Below the pieces are notes generated by a model. It searched no databases. It was given only the letters and a program-made list of their open reading frames with translations, and was not told the DNA's origin. From an uncultured Lachnospiraceae bacterium (lineage in GTDB: Bacteria > Bacillota > Clostridia > Oscillospirales > CAG-272): DNA of 64,000 nt. Positions 56,195 to 64,000 of the stretch are shown here, one piece after another. The DNA lies in contig CAZHPZ010000001.1 of assembly GCA_964534905.1 (NCBI GenBank), positions 21,719 through 85,718 of the forward strand. Direction: 5' to 3'. The first letter of the stretch is position 1, and every line of letters begins with the position of its first letter. The translations under genes were made by a program, and so were the position numbers.

Positions 56195-58639
56195 ATGAAA
56201 AACGTAGCTAAAACGATTTCGCTTATCCTGTCAATGTTAATTCTTCTGGGCGCCACCTCTTGTGCGTGGATCAATACGCCTGTTGAGGACATTATAATAA
56301 GCGGAAATTCCGCACTCCAAACTCCTCCGGAGGAGAGCGAGACCTATAAGAATTTCTTCAGAGATGACAGAATTGAAAATCAGTGGGAAAACTACGGCAT
56401 AGGAGACCCGTTCATTTACAGATTTGACGGTATTTATTACCTTATCTGCTCTACAAAGGCGGGCTGCTACGGCGTAAAGGGCTGGCAGTCAAAGGATCTC
56501 ATAAATTGGGAGCCCGTAGACAACGGCGTAACAAAGAAGGGATACATTGTTTCGGATGACGTTAAGGCGTCCTACGACGCATACGCAAGCGAGGTATATT
56601 ACCTTGACGGTGTGTTCTATCTTGTGGAATCAAGCAACGGTAAGGGCCATTACGTCCTTGCAAGTACATCTCCCGACGGACCCTTTGAGGTTATTTCCGA
56701 CGGAACGATAGACAACAAGATCGACGGAAGCCTTTATATGGACGTAAACGGCAAAATGGTTCTGTTCACGGCGAACGGTACTCTTGACGCCGCTTATATG
56801 TCCGACGATATGAAGACCGCAAGCGACAAGATCGCTCTTGCCAACTGTAATATGTCGGGTTGGACAGAGGGTCCCGAGCTTCTTACAAGAAACGGTGTAA
56901 GATATTACTTCTATACAGGAAACGGCGTTACACAGAGAGCGTACCGTATCAATTACAGCTACGGCTCCGCCGAAAAGTCCATTTTCGAGGATGACATAAA
57001 GGTCGGCAAGAACGTACTTCTCAATACAGACAGCGAATGGTGCGGACTCGGACACGGATGCGTTGTTATGGGGCCCGACCTCGACAGCTATTATCTCGGC
57101 TTCCATAATATTTATACCGACGGTAATAACGAGGGAAGACGATTCAATATCGGCAGACTTCTCTTCAACGGAACGGACGTTGTAATGCAGCATACGGGAC
57201 TTTATGACAATATCGTTCCCAATCTTCCCGATTATTCGGAATACGATTCCGCAAATCTTACGAGCGAGAACGGATTGCTTCTCAGCACATCCGCTCACGG
57301 AGATTCCTTTACGGTAGAGTTCAACTTTACCGGTACAGGCAAGCTTGTGTTCTCCTATGTTGACGCAAGCAATTACGGATACGTAACATTTGACGGTGAA
57401 ACAATTGAAATTCACGCTGTTGTTAACGGCACGGATACTCTCAGAGGCAGCTGCAAGACATACAGAACATACCGTACAGACGTTTTCCACGAGATAAGAA
57501 TCGGATACGGAAACGGTCTGATGGACGTAAGCTTCGATTATCAGGAAATCGCAAACGATATCGAGGTCGGTGAGTTTGCGGGCGGAAGAACAGGATATTC
57601 CGAGTCCTTTGAGTACAAGGGAAGCCTTATCTTCAACAACACATCTCACGGCGACAGCGACAAGGAAGCGGTTAAGATGGAGAACATCCCCGCCGTATCC
57701 TACGACAATACGCTTAGCAATTTCAGCGACGCAAGCGGCGTTGAAGCATCACGCGAAACACTTGCTAACGATATTCCCGAGGGCACATTCGATCTTAAGC
57801 TCGGCAGAGTTGGCGATTACGCTACATATCTTATAAACGTAACCGAGAGCGGAACATTCGGACTTGATATGGTTCTTTCATCGAAATATTACGGCAAGAC
57901 GGTCGGAATTCAGGTCGATGGCGGAACGGTAACAAAGTGGACGATTCCCGATTACAGCTCCTACGCTTACGACGGATATTTCAGAACGAAGATAGCTGAT
58001 CTTAATCTTGAAAAGGGAAATCACTACATAACCGTTTGGAACGTTGAGGACGAATTCGGATTTGAGATGATGTATCTCGAAAAGAATTACAGCGTCAGCG
58101 GAACGGTATATGAGCACGACCTTAAGACATATCCCGAATTCGGTATCGGATATCCCACGTTCTTCGATTCTACCGACGACGGTCTTAAGACAACAAATAT
58201 GGCAAGATACCTTTGCACGTTCGGAAACGGAACGCTTGAGGATCTTGAAATCAGCTGTGACATAACAATGACAGGTGAAAACGGCTCCGGTACACTCGGA
58301 CTTGTAATAGCCGCCGACAACTGGGCATTTAACAACGTTGACCTTGATAACTATAAGTCGTTGCAGGGTGATTACTTCGCCTTCAACAATACCAAGGTTA
58401 CAATTATTAAATCGAATTACCAATATTCCGACGAGAGCTGCCGTGATATATTCAGATTTGAAACGGGCAAGACCTACAATATCAAGGCGGTAAAATCCGG
58501 CAAGGTGCTCACGATGTACGTTGACGGAGAAAAGGTTCTCGAAACGTTTGATCCCATGGGCAGAACAAGAGGATATTGCGGACTTTATTCCAACTTTATC
58601 GAAGCTGTATTCTCTAATCTGAAAATAAAGACTTTGTAA
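56195..58639 (+). CDS. GH43-family glycoside hydrolase lipoprotein with CBM6-like and C-terminal LamG-like domains
   Basis: Lipobox LGATSC. GH43 N-terminal signature GIGDPFIYRFDGIYYL. Central beta-sandwich (YLINVTESGTFGLDMV). Confidence 0.75.
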   Translation: MKNVAKTISLILSMLILLGATSCAWINTPVEDIIISGNSALQTPPEESETYKNFFRDDRIENQWENYGIGDPFIYRFDGIYYLICSTKAGCYGVKGWQSKDLINWEPVDNGVTKKGYIVSDDVKASYDAYASEVYYLDGVFYLVESSNGKGHYVLASTSPDGPFEVISDGTIDNKIDGSLYMDVNGKMVLFTANGTLDAAYMSDDMKTASDKIALANCNMSGWTEGPELLTRNGVRYYFYTGNGVTQRAYRINYSYGSAEKSIFEDDIKVGKNVLLNTDSEWCGLGHGCVVMGPDLDSYYLGFHNIYTDGNNEGRRFNIGRLLFNGTDVVMQHTGLYDNIVPNLPDYSEYDSANLTSENGLLLSTSAHGDSFTVEFNFTGTGKLVFSYVDASNYGYVTFDGETIEIHAVVNGTDTLRGSCKTYRTYRTDVFHEIRIGYGNGLMDVSFDYQEIANDIEVGEFAGGRTGYSESFEYKGSLIFNNTSHGDSDKEAVKMENIPAVSYDNTLSNFSDASGVEASRETLANDIPEGTFDLKLGRVGDYATYLINVTESGTFGLDMVLSSKYYGKTVGIQVDGGTVTKWTIPDYSSYAYDGYFRTKIADLNLEKGNHYITVWNVEDEFGFEMMYLEKNYSVSGTVYEHDLKTYPEFGIGYPTFFDSTDDGLKTTNMARYLCTFGNGTLEDLEISCDITMTGENGSGTLGLVIAADNWAFNNVDLDNYKSLQGDYFAFNNTKVTIIKSNYQYSDESCRDIFRFETGKTYNIKAVKSGKVLTMYVDGEKVLETFDPMGRTRGYCGLYSNFIEAVFSNLKIKTL

Positions 58640-58660
58640 AAAAGGAAAGGGGTAAGGACT

Positions 58661-61432
58661 ATGAAAAAAAGCAGAATATTGATAGCGCTTTTGGCATTAT
58701 CATTAATTCTCACATTGGCAAGCTGCGAGTTTTTCGATCTTTTAAAGGATCAGAGAGCGGAGGCTGTTACCACAATCGAAGCAATTGTAAAAGAGGAGAG
58801 ATTCGCTTCTCTTAGCGAGGATGACATTTCCGATGTTTTAAACACTGCATTGGAGGCAATCAATGCGGCAAAGAGCGAGGACGAAATCACTCAGGCATTG
58901 AACAATGCAAGAGATTCGCTTGATAAGCTTTTGCTTGACGCCGCCAAGGCAGACGCTAAGGCAGAGCTCAGAGCTTATGTAAATCTTGAGCTTTACAGCG
59001 ATGCAAATAAGGCGCTTATCGAATCCAAAATAAGCGAGGCAGAGGCGAAGATCGACGCTTGCAAGAAGGGCACGGATATCACACCGATACTTGACGAGGC
59101 AAAGGCCGAGATAAGTAAAATCGTTCCCGCGCTTGACGAGGCGAAGAGCGGTGCAAAGAGCACACTTGATTCATACGCAACATCTACGGAGTACACCGAG
59201 GCAAACTGGGCTCTCATTGAGGGTAAGATCCTTGAGGCTAAAACCGCAATCGACGCTTGCGAAAGCGTTGAGGCAGTAGCAACGGCTCTTGAAAATGCCA
59301 AGGCGGCAATCGATGCTGTTCCTACAATTCTCGGACAGGCAAGAGCGGACGCTATATCCGAGCTTGAGTCCTACATTACAGACAAGACGCTTTACAGCGA
59401 AAACGGTATTGCACAGATCGACAGAATTATTTCAGATGCAAAAGAAAACATTAATTCCGTCAGCGACGAGAGCGTTATCACCGCTATCGTTGAGGATACA
59501 AAGGCAGATCTCGATAAGGTTTTGACTCTTAACGAGGAGTTTGAGGCGGCTGCAAAGGCGTTCAAGGAATCTCTCGTCGTAAGCGTTAACGATGGTGATA
59601 TACTTAACGACAAGCTCTACGCGGACGGTGCAAGCGTTATTGCCGACGTGGCAGAGGGTAATTCCACAAGAGTATATTTCGGAAGTCAGGACGGCAATAC
59701 AGCAACGGTTTTCGATGCATATCTTACAATTGATTACCGTAGCACGGAATGGTCTGTCGTTACACTCTATTTCCGCGCGTGGGACGACTCCACTGCGTAT
59801 ATAGCTGATATCAGAGACGGCAGAACAGAATTCGTAAAGGGCTTCTGGAATAACGATCTTGGCGGTAAGGACAGAACGACCATTATTAAATCCAACACCG
59901 GTATAGAAAACGGCAAAGAGGTTCATCTCCAGGTTATCAGCTGGGGCTGGACAAAGATGATTCTCATCGACGGCGAATGCGTATTTAAGACCGTTGAGGA
60001 TGATTATAACGCAGGCAGAATCTATATCGAAACATGGCAGGCAGGCTGGACTCTCAGAAATCCTGTATATAAGGAATATGCATCCGACGCAGAGCTTGAG
60101 GCGGATTACGCAGACGAGCTTGCAAAGACTTGCGTAAACAAGAGCGAGGCTGAATTGCTTGCAGAGGCTAAGACAGCGGGCAAGAGTGCGATCGCATCTC
60201 ATCTCACCGACGTTGAAACAACGTACAGCACAGCAAATCAGGCTGCTATTTCCGGTATTATCAGCGCAGGTAACACTGCAATTGATTCCTGTACATCTAT
60301 TGATGCGGTTAACGCAGCAGTAGAGCAGGTAAAGAAGAATCTTGACGGCGTTCTTACAATAGCCGAGGAGAACGAGCTTGCAACAGCTAAGACTAATGCA
60401 AAGGCAGAGATCGCAGGATATCTTAAGGACGTAGAGACAAATTACACCACAGCGCGTCAGACAGAAATCAGCGGAATTATTTCCGAGGGAAATACCGCTA
60501 TTGACGCATGTGCATCCAAGGCCGAGCTTGAGGCTGCGGTAACAAGAATCAAGGCAGCTCTTAATGCGGTTCCCACTCTTAAGGATGAGTCCGATACGGC
60601 TCTCATCTCAAAGAAGGACGCAGCAAAGGAAGAGATAGCAGGATATCTTAAGGACGTTGAAACAAAATACAGCACAGCAAATCAAACAACAATTTCGGGC
60701 ATTATTGCAAACGGAAAGATCACTATCGCAGGCTGCACAAGTGCAGAAGACGTAGACTCTGCCGTTGCGGCAATAAAGGCAGAGCTTGACGCGGTTCTTA
60801 CCATAGAGGGTGAGAAGATCGCGGCAAAGAACGCAGAGCTTGAAGCGTTCAAGGCAACTCTTTCGAACGTAGACAAGGATCTCATAAGCAAGATGACCGT
60901 TAAGGACGGAAAGCTTGTAGTCGATTCCAAGCAGGCAGGTCTCGGCGGTACATTCAAGTTCGGTACGCAGACCGGCAATATGAACAAGGCGATCGACTTC
61001 TATATGACCGTTCATTACAATACAACGCAGTGGTCAAGTGTATCGGTTTCCTTCTGCGCATGGGACGCGAACACAACTCTCAAGATGGAAATAACGAACG
61101 ACAGCATTAAGATCTACCGTTGCACATGGGGAGACAACGGTCCCCAGAAGGAGCTTCTTGTTGAGCATTCAACCGGTGTTGCAAACGACAGCGAGGTTCA
61201 CATTCAGATAATCACAAGAGGATGGACAAAGGCAGTTCTTATTGACGGCGTATGTATCCTCAAATACTGGCCCAACGAATTCCATGAGGGATACACAATG
61301 TTCTCTACATGGGAGGCAGGATTTGAACTCAGAGACGTTATTTATAACGTATACGGCTCGGAGGACGAGGTAACTGCGGATTACGGCGCCGAGCTTGCAA
61401 AGGATTCCATACATCCCGTCGAAGGCTATTAA
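58661..61432 (+). CDS. Repeat-rich surface lipoprotein: two blocks of FIVAR-like helical repeats, each followed by a beta-rich domain of about 175 aa
   Basis: Lipobox LTLASC. At least seven helical units with the pattern Y..AN...I......A..AID.C.S...V..A....K..L..V.T. The two beta domains are paralogous (WTKMILIDGECVFK vs WTKAVLIDGVCILK). Confidence 0.7.
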   Translation: MKKSRILIALLALSLILTLASCEFFDLLKDQRAEAVTTIEAIVKEERFASLSEDDISDVLNTALEAINAAKSEDEITQALNNARDSLDKLLLDAAKADAKAELRAYVNLELYSDANKALIESKISEAEAKIDACKKGTDITPILDEAKAEISKIVPALDEAKSGAKSTLDSYATSTEYTEANWALIEGKILEAKTAIDACESVEAVATALENAKAAIDAVPTILGQARADAISELESYITDKTLYSENGIAQIDRIISDAKENINSVSDESVITAIVEDTKADLDKVLTLNEEFEAAAKAFKESLVVSVNDGDILNDKLYADGASVIADVAEGNSTRVYFGSQDGNTATVFDAYLTIDYRSTEWSVVTLYFRAWDDSTAYIADIRDGRTEFVKGFWNNDLGGKDRTTIIKSNTGIENGKEVHLQVISWGWTKMILIDGECVFKTVEDDYNAGRIYIETWQAGWTLRNPVYKEYASDAELEADYADELAKTCVNKSEAELLAEAKTAGKSAIASHLTDVETTYSTANQAAISGIISAGNTAIDSCTSIDAVNAAVEQVKKNLDGVLTIAEENELATAKTNAKAEIAGYLKDVETNYTTARQTEISGIISEGNTAIDACASKAELEAAVTRIKAALNAVPTLKDESDTALISKKDAAKEEIAGYLKDVETKYSTANQTTISGIIANGKITIAGCTSAEDVDSAVAAIKAELDAVLTIEGEKIAAKNAELEAFKATLSNVDKDLISKMTVKDGKLVVDSKQAGLGGTFKFGTQTGNMNKAIDFYMTVHYNTTQWSSVSVSFCAWDANTTLKMEITNDSIKIYRCTWGDNGPQKELLVEHSTGVANDSEVHIQIITRGWTKAVLIDGVCILKYWPNEFHEGYTMFSTWEAGFELRDVIYNVYGSEDEVTADYGAELAKDSIHPVEGY

Positions 61433-61448
61433 TAATTAAACCCAAGCA

Positions 61449-61479
61449 ATGCTTAGCGGACATTTTGTCCGCTAAGCAT
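61449..61479 (+). other. Intercistronic hairpin without a U-tract
   Basis: 13-bp perfect stem ATGCTTAGCGGAC / GTCCGCTAAGCAT followed by CAAACAC, so not a canonical terminator. Confidence 0.6.
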
Positions 61480-61498
61480 CAAACACAAGGAGAAACAC

Positions 61499-62896
61499 AT
61501 GAAAAAAATAATATCGTTAGCACTCATTATGTGCTTGATACTCTCATTGTCGGTTTTTATCACATCCTGTGATGACGAGCCCGATGTAGATAATCAGGTA
61601 TATGAGGAATTTGATCCGAACAAGGAATATGAGCTTGACTTCCTCGGCTGGGGAAGCGTACAGGAGCAGAGAATCTTCCAGGATATGATCTCGGAGTTTA
61701 TGAATGAATATCCTAACGTTAAGGTGTACTACAACGCCATAAGCGATACAACAACATATTCAAACAACCTCGTAAACAACGCAGACAATCTTCCCGACGT
61801 ATTTTATGTTCCCGACTGGGACTACATAAAGTGGACGGATTCCGGCAAGCTTCTTAACCTTGCACCCTATCTTACCGAAGAGGATACCGATAAGCTTTGG
61901 GATATGTCACTTGACATTTTCCGTTGGGATTCCGATACAAAGACTGTCGGAACAGGCGATGAAATATACGGACTTCCCAAGGATCTCGGTCCCTACGCTA
62001 TCGTGTATAACAAGACTCTTATGCTTCAGCTCATTGACGAATACAATCTCGACGTTGAGCTTCCTTCCTCTACGGAGCCTATGACATTCAGCGAATTCAA
62101 GGAATATCTTTCCGTATTTAAGGGACTCAAGGTCGACGGAAAGGCTATTACACCTCTTTCTCACTATGAGGTAAGTGCGGCTGTATATTCCAATAACGCA
62201 AACTTCTACACAGATGACAGCGCTACAACAAGTGCTATCACAGATCAGAATTTCATCGACGCAATTCAGTTCGTAGCAGACCTTTCTCTTGAGGGACTTG
62301 CGTCCAGCTATTCCGAAGCAAACGCTTCCAGCAGCCTTACAAAGTTCGCATCTCAGCAGGTTCTCTTCACTTGGATGGGTCCGTGGGATACAGCTACATT
62401 CTGGGAGGCTCTTTCCTTCGAGTTTGATATTATGCCCGTTCCCGTTGGAGAGGCAGAGGGTTCCAAGTCCACTACCATTGTCGGAACAGTTGCATATTCC
62501 GTAAGTGCGGCAAGTAAGAATAAGGCAGCAGCGGTTCTCCTTGCTAAATGGCTTGCGACAAGCGATACAGCCGCAAGGATGAACTATCAGCTCGGTCAGG
62601 CTATGCCCAACATCGAGGAGATGGCAAAGACCGATTGGCTCAACAATGTGGGACTTACGGGAGCTAAGACATATCCCGTTACAAAGTCCGTATTTATCGA
62701 TCCCATTAAGGGAACGGAAACTATGGCAGGAAAGTCACGTCCGTATTACTACACATATGAAAAGACCGCGTTTGACGATCTTATGGATAAGCTTAACCCC
62801 GTATGGGCGGGAACAAAGACCGCTAAGGACGCTATTACCGAATATGCGGCTACATTCCAGGAAAAGCTTTCGAAAATACATAGAAACTTAGAATAA
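61499..62896 (+). CDS. Sugar ABC transporter substrate-binding lipoprotein
   Basis: Lipobox FITSC. SBP_bac_1-like size and composition. Followed by two permease genes. Confidence 0.8.
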   Translation: MKKIISLALIMCLILSLSVFITSCDDEPDVDNQVYEEFDPNKEYELDFLGWGSVQEQRIFQDMISEFMNEYPNVKVYYNAISDTTTYSNNLVNNADNLPDVFYVPDWDYIKWTDSGKLLNLAPYLTEEDTDKLWDMSLDIFRWDSDTKTVGTGDEIYGLPKDLGPYAIVYNKTLMLQLIDEYNLDVELPSSTEPMTFSEFKEYLSVFKGLKVDGKAITPLSHYEVSAAVYSNNANFYTDDSATTSAITDQNFIDAIQFVADLSLEGLASSYSEANASSSLTKFASQQVLFTWMGPWDTATFWEALSFEFDIMPVPVGEAEGSKSTTIVGTVAYSVSAASKNKAAAVLLAKWLATSDTAARMNYQLGQAMPNIEEMAKTDWLNNVGLTGAKTYPVTKSVFIDPIKGTETMAGKSRPYYYTYEKTAFDDLMDKLNPVWAGTKTAKDAITEYAATFQEKLSKIHRNLE

Positions 62897-62911
62897 ACAG
62901 GAGTGGTGGTT

Positions 62912-63826
62912 ATGCAAGAACTTAATTTATTGCATAAGGGAAAAGGTCATAAGGCGAGATTTAACGCAAGATTTAAGGAGAATTTCTTCGGATACTTGTT
63001 CGTTCTCATTCCCGTTTTAGGCTTTTTCCTGTTCACCGCCTGGGCTCTCGGATATTCTGTTTTTATGTCGTTTACCGATTTTAACGCCATAAAGGGAACG
63101 TTTAAATTCGTTGGATTTCAAAACTATATTGAAATATTCAAGGAGGAAAATTTCCGCGATGCAACACTTAACACAGTGCTTATGCTGTTGAGCATTCCCG
63201 TGGGAGTTTTCCTCGGACTTTTGTTGGCGATTTATCTTAAAAGGCTTGCAAAGGGAAGAACGCTTCTTACAATTTTGTATTATCTTCCCGCAGTAACGTC
63301 AAGCCTTGCTATTATGATAGTGTTCAGGGATCTTTTCAAGAACGGAGAGTACGGACTTATCAACAGCTTGCTCGGAATAGATTTGAACTGGATTTCAAAC
63401 GATCCGTGGCTGATAAAAATAGCGATAATCTTTAAGAATATCTGGGGTGGCATCGGAGGAACGATGATACTCTATTTGGCGGGTGTGAATAACATTCCCG
63501 AATCGTATTACGAGGTTGCGCGTGTTCAGGGAGCTACAGGCTGGCAGCAGTTTATCGATATAACCCTGCCGATGACAAACAACACCTCGTTTTATCTTAT
63601 AGTTACGGGTATTATCGGCGGACTTCAAAGCTATGCCGACAGCCGAGTAATGGGCGGCGGTCTCCCGGGTGGACGAACGATAGTATATTATATTTGGAAT
63701 TACGGTATAAATCAGGCAAATTACGGCTTGGCAAGTGCCGCATCGGTGCTTCTTCTGATAGTTATTTTGATAATTACCGTAATACTGTTTTCAAAATCTA
63801 ACATGTTTAAGGATGTGAGAAAATGA
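62912..63826 (+). CDS. Sugar ABC transporter permease (MalF-like)
   Basis: 6 TM segments and an EAA loop (YEVARVQGATGWQQFIDITLP). AGGAG RBS precedes the ATG at 62912. Confidence 0.85.
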   Translation: MQELNLLHKGKGHKARFNARFKENFFGYLFVLIPVLGFFLFTAWALGYSVFMSFTDFNAIKGTFKFVGFQNYIEIFKEENFRDATLNTVLMLLSIPVGVFLGLLLAIYLKRLAKGRTLLTILYYLPAVTSSLAIMIVFRDLFKNGEYGLINSLLGIDLNWISNDPWLIKIAIIFKNIWGGIGGTMILYLAGVNNIPESYYEVARVQGATGWQQFIDITLPMTNNTSFYLIVTGIIGGLQSYADSRVMGGGLPGGRTIVYYIWNYGINQANYGLASAASVLLLIVILIITVILFSKSNMFKDVRK

Positions 63827-64000
63827 CATATAAAGAAAATATGATTTCCTTACAGGCGAAGCGCGGAAGAATATCAAACAGAGCGTGGTTTATCTTTTCT
63901 ACCATTATCGTTTGTATAGGAGCGTTTATGATGATATTTCCTTATGCGTATATGATCATTTCCGCATTGAAAACAAGACAGGAGATCATCGGATCTGCGT
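63823..64000 (+). CDS. Sugar ABC transporter permease 2 (MalG-like), 3' end outside the window
   Basis: ATGA overlap with the upstream stop. The frame stays open to the window end and translates to MTYKENMISLQAKRGRISNRAWFIFSTIIVCIGAFMMIFPYAYMIISALKT. Absent from the ORF track because there is no stop codon. Confidence 0.8.
   Translation, partial: MTYKENMISLQAKRGRISNRAWFIFSTIIVCIGAFMMIFPYAYMIISALKTRQEIIGSA

Noticed and set aside
1-64000. I looked across the whole window for CRISPR arrays, cas genes, transposases, integrases and prophage modules.
   Set aside because: None was found. The only recurrent short elements are terminator hairpins, the tRNA-Gln 3' duplicate, the 18-bp inverted repeat at 7946/8098 and the two structured-RNA copies.

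Overview
This 64-kb window looks like a chromosomal segment from a spore-forming Firmicute, probably a gut Clostridia or Oscillospiraceae-like organism. Supporting markers are spoVAC, a clostridial 2[4Fe-4S] ferredoxin, glgCD, holB-ricT and lipoprotein-rich glycan-utilisation genes. Most of it is housekeeping: the adhE 3' end, a glmM module, ahpCF, a lysine-riboswitch-controlled amino-acid ABC importer, nnrD-ttcA-trmN6, fdx, ricT-holB, a glgC-glgD-glgA-glgP-GH13 glycogen operon, smpB, udg and a DD-carboxypeptidase. There are three tRNAs (Pro-CGG, Gln-UUG, Gln-CUG). The right end carries an AraC-controlled Gram-positive polysaccharide-utilisation locus with three large lipoproteins (one a GH43) and a sugar ABC importer. 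Four things deserve a second look. (1) Two copies of an unclassified structured RNA of about 210-220 nt sit at 17447-17657 and 39339-39559. Each has its own near-consensus promoter and a terminator, and the copies show compensatory base-pair changes and a conserved apical loop complementary to a conserved tract next to the terminator. (2) An 18-bp perfect inverted repeat brackets a promoter-bearing 134-bp segment upstream of an orphan pilin-like beta-helix protein, which makes it a candidate invertible promoter. (3) An AT-rich islet next to tRNA-Gln is bounded by a duplicated tRNA 3' half and related hairpins, and it carries one single-chain Type IIG-like nuclease-methyltransferase. (4) Several unusual protein architectures occur: an XRE-HTH::GlmM fusion, a domain-order-swapped AhpF, a circularly permuted solute-binding protein, and a duplicated DUF1538 membrane protein paired with a tandem P-II-like protein. 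I saw no CRISPR array, transposase or integrase. All family assignments come from reading motifs by eye; no database search was run.
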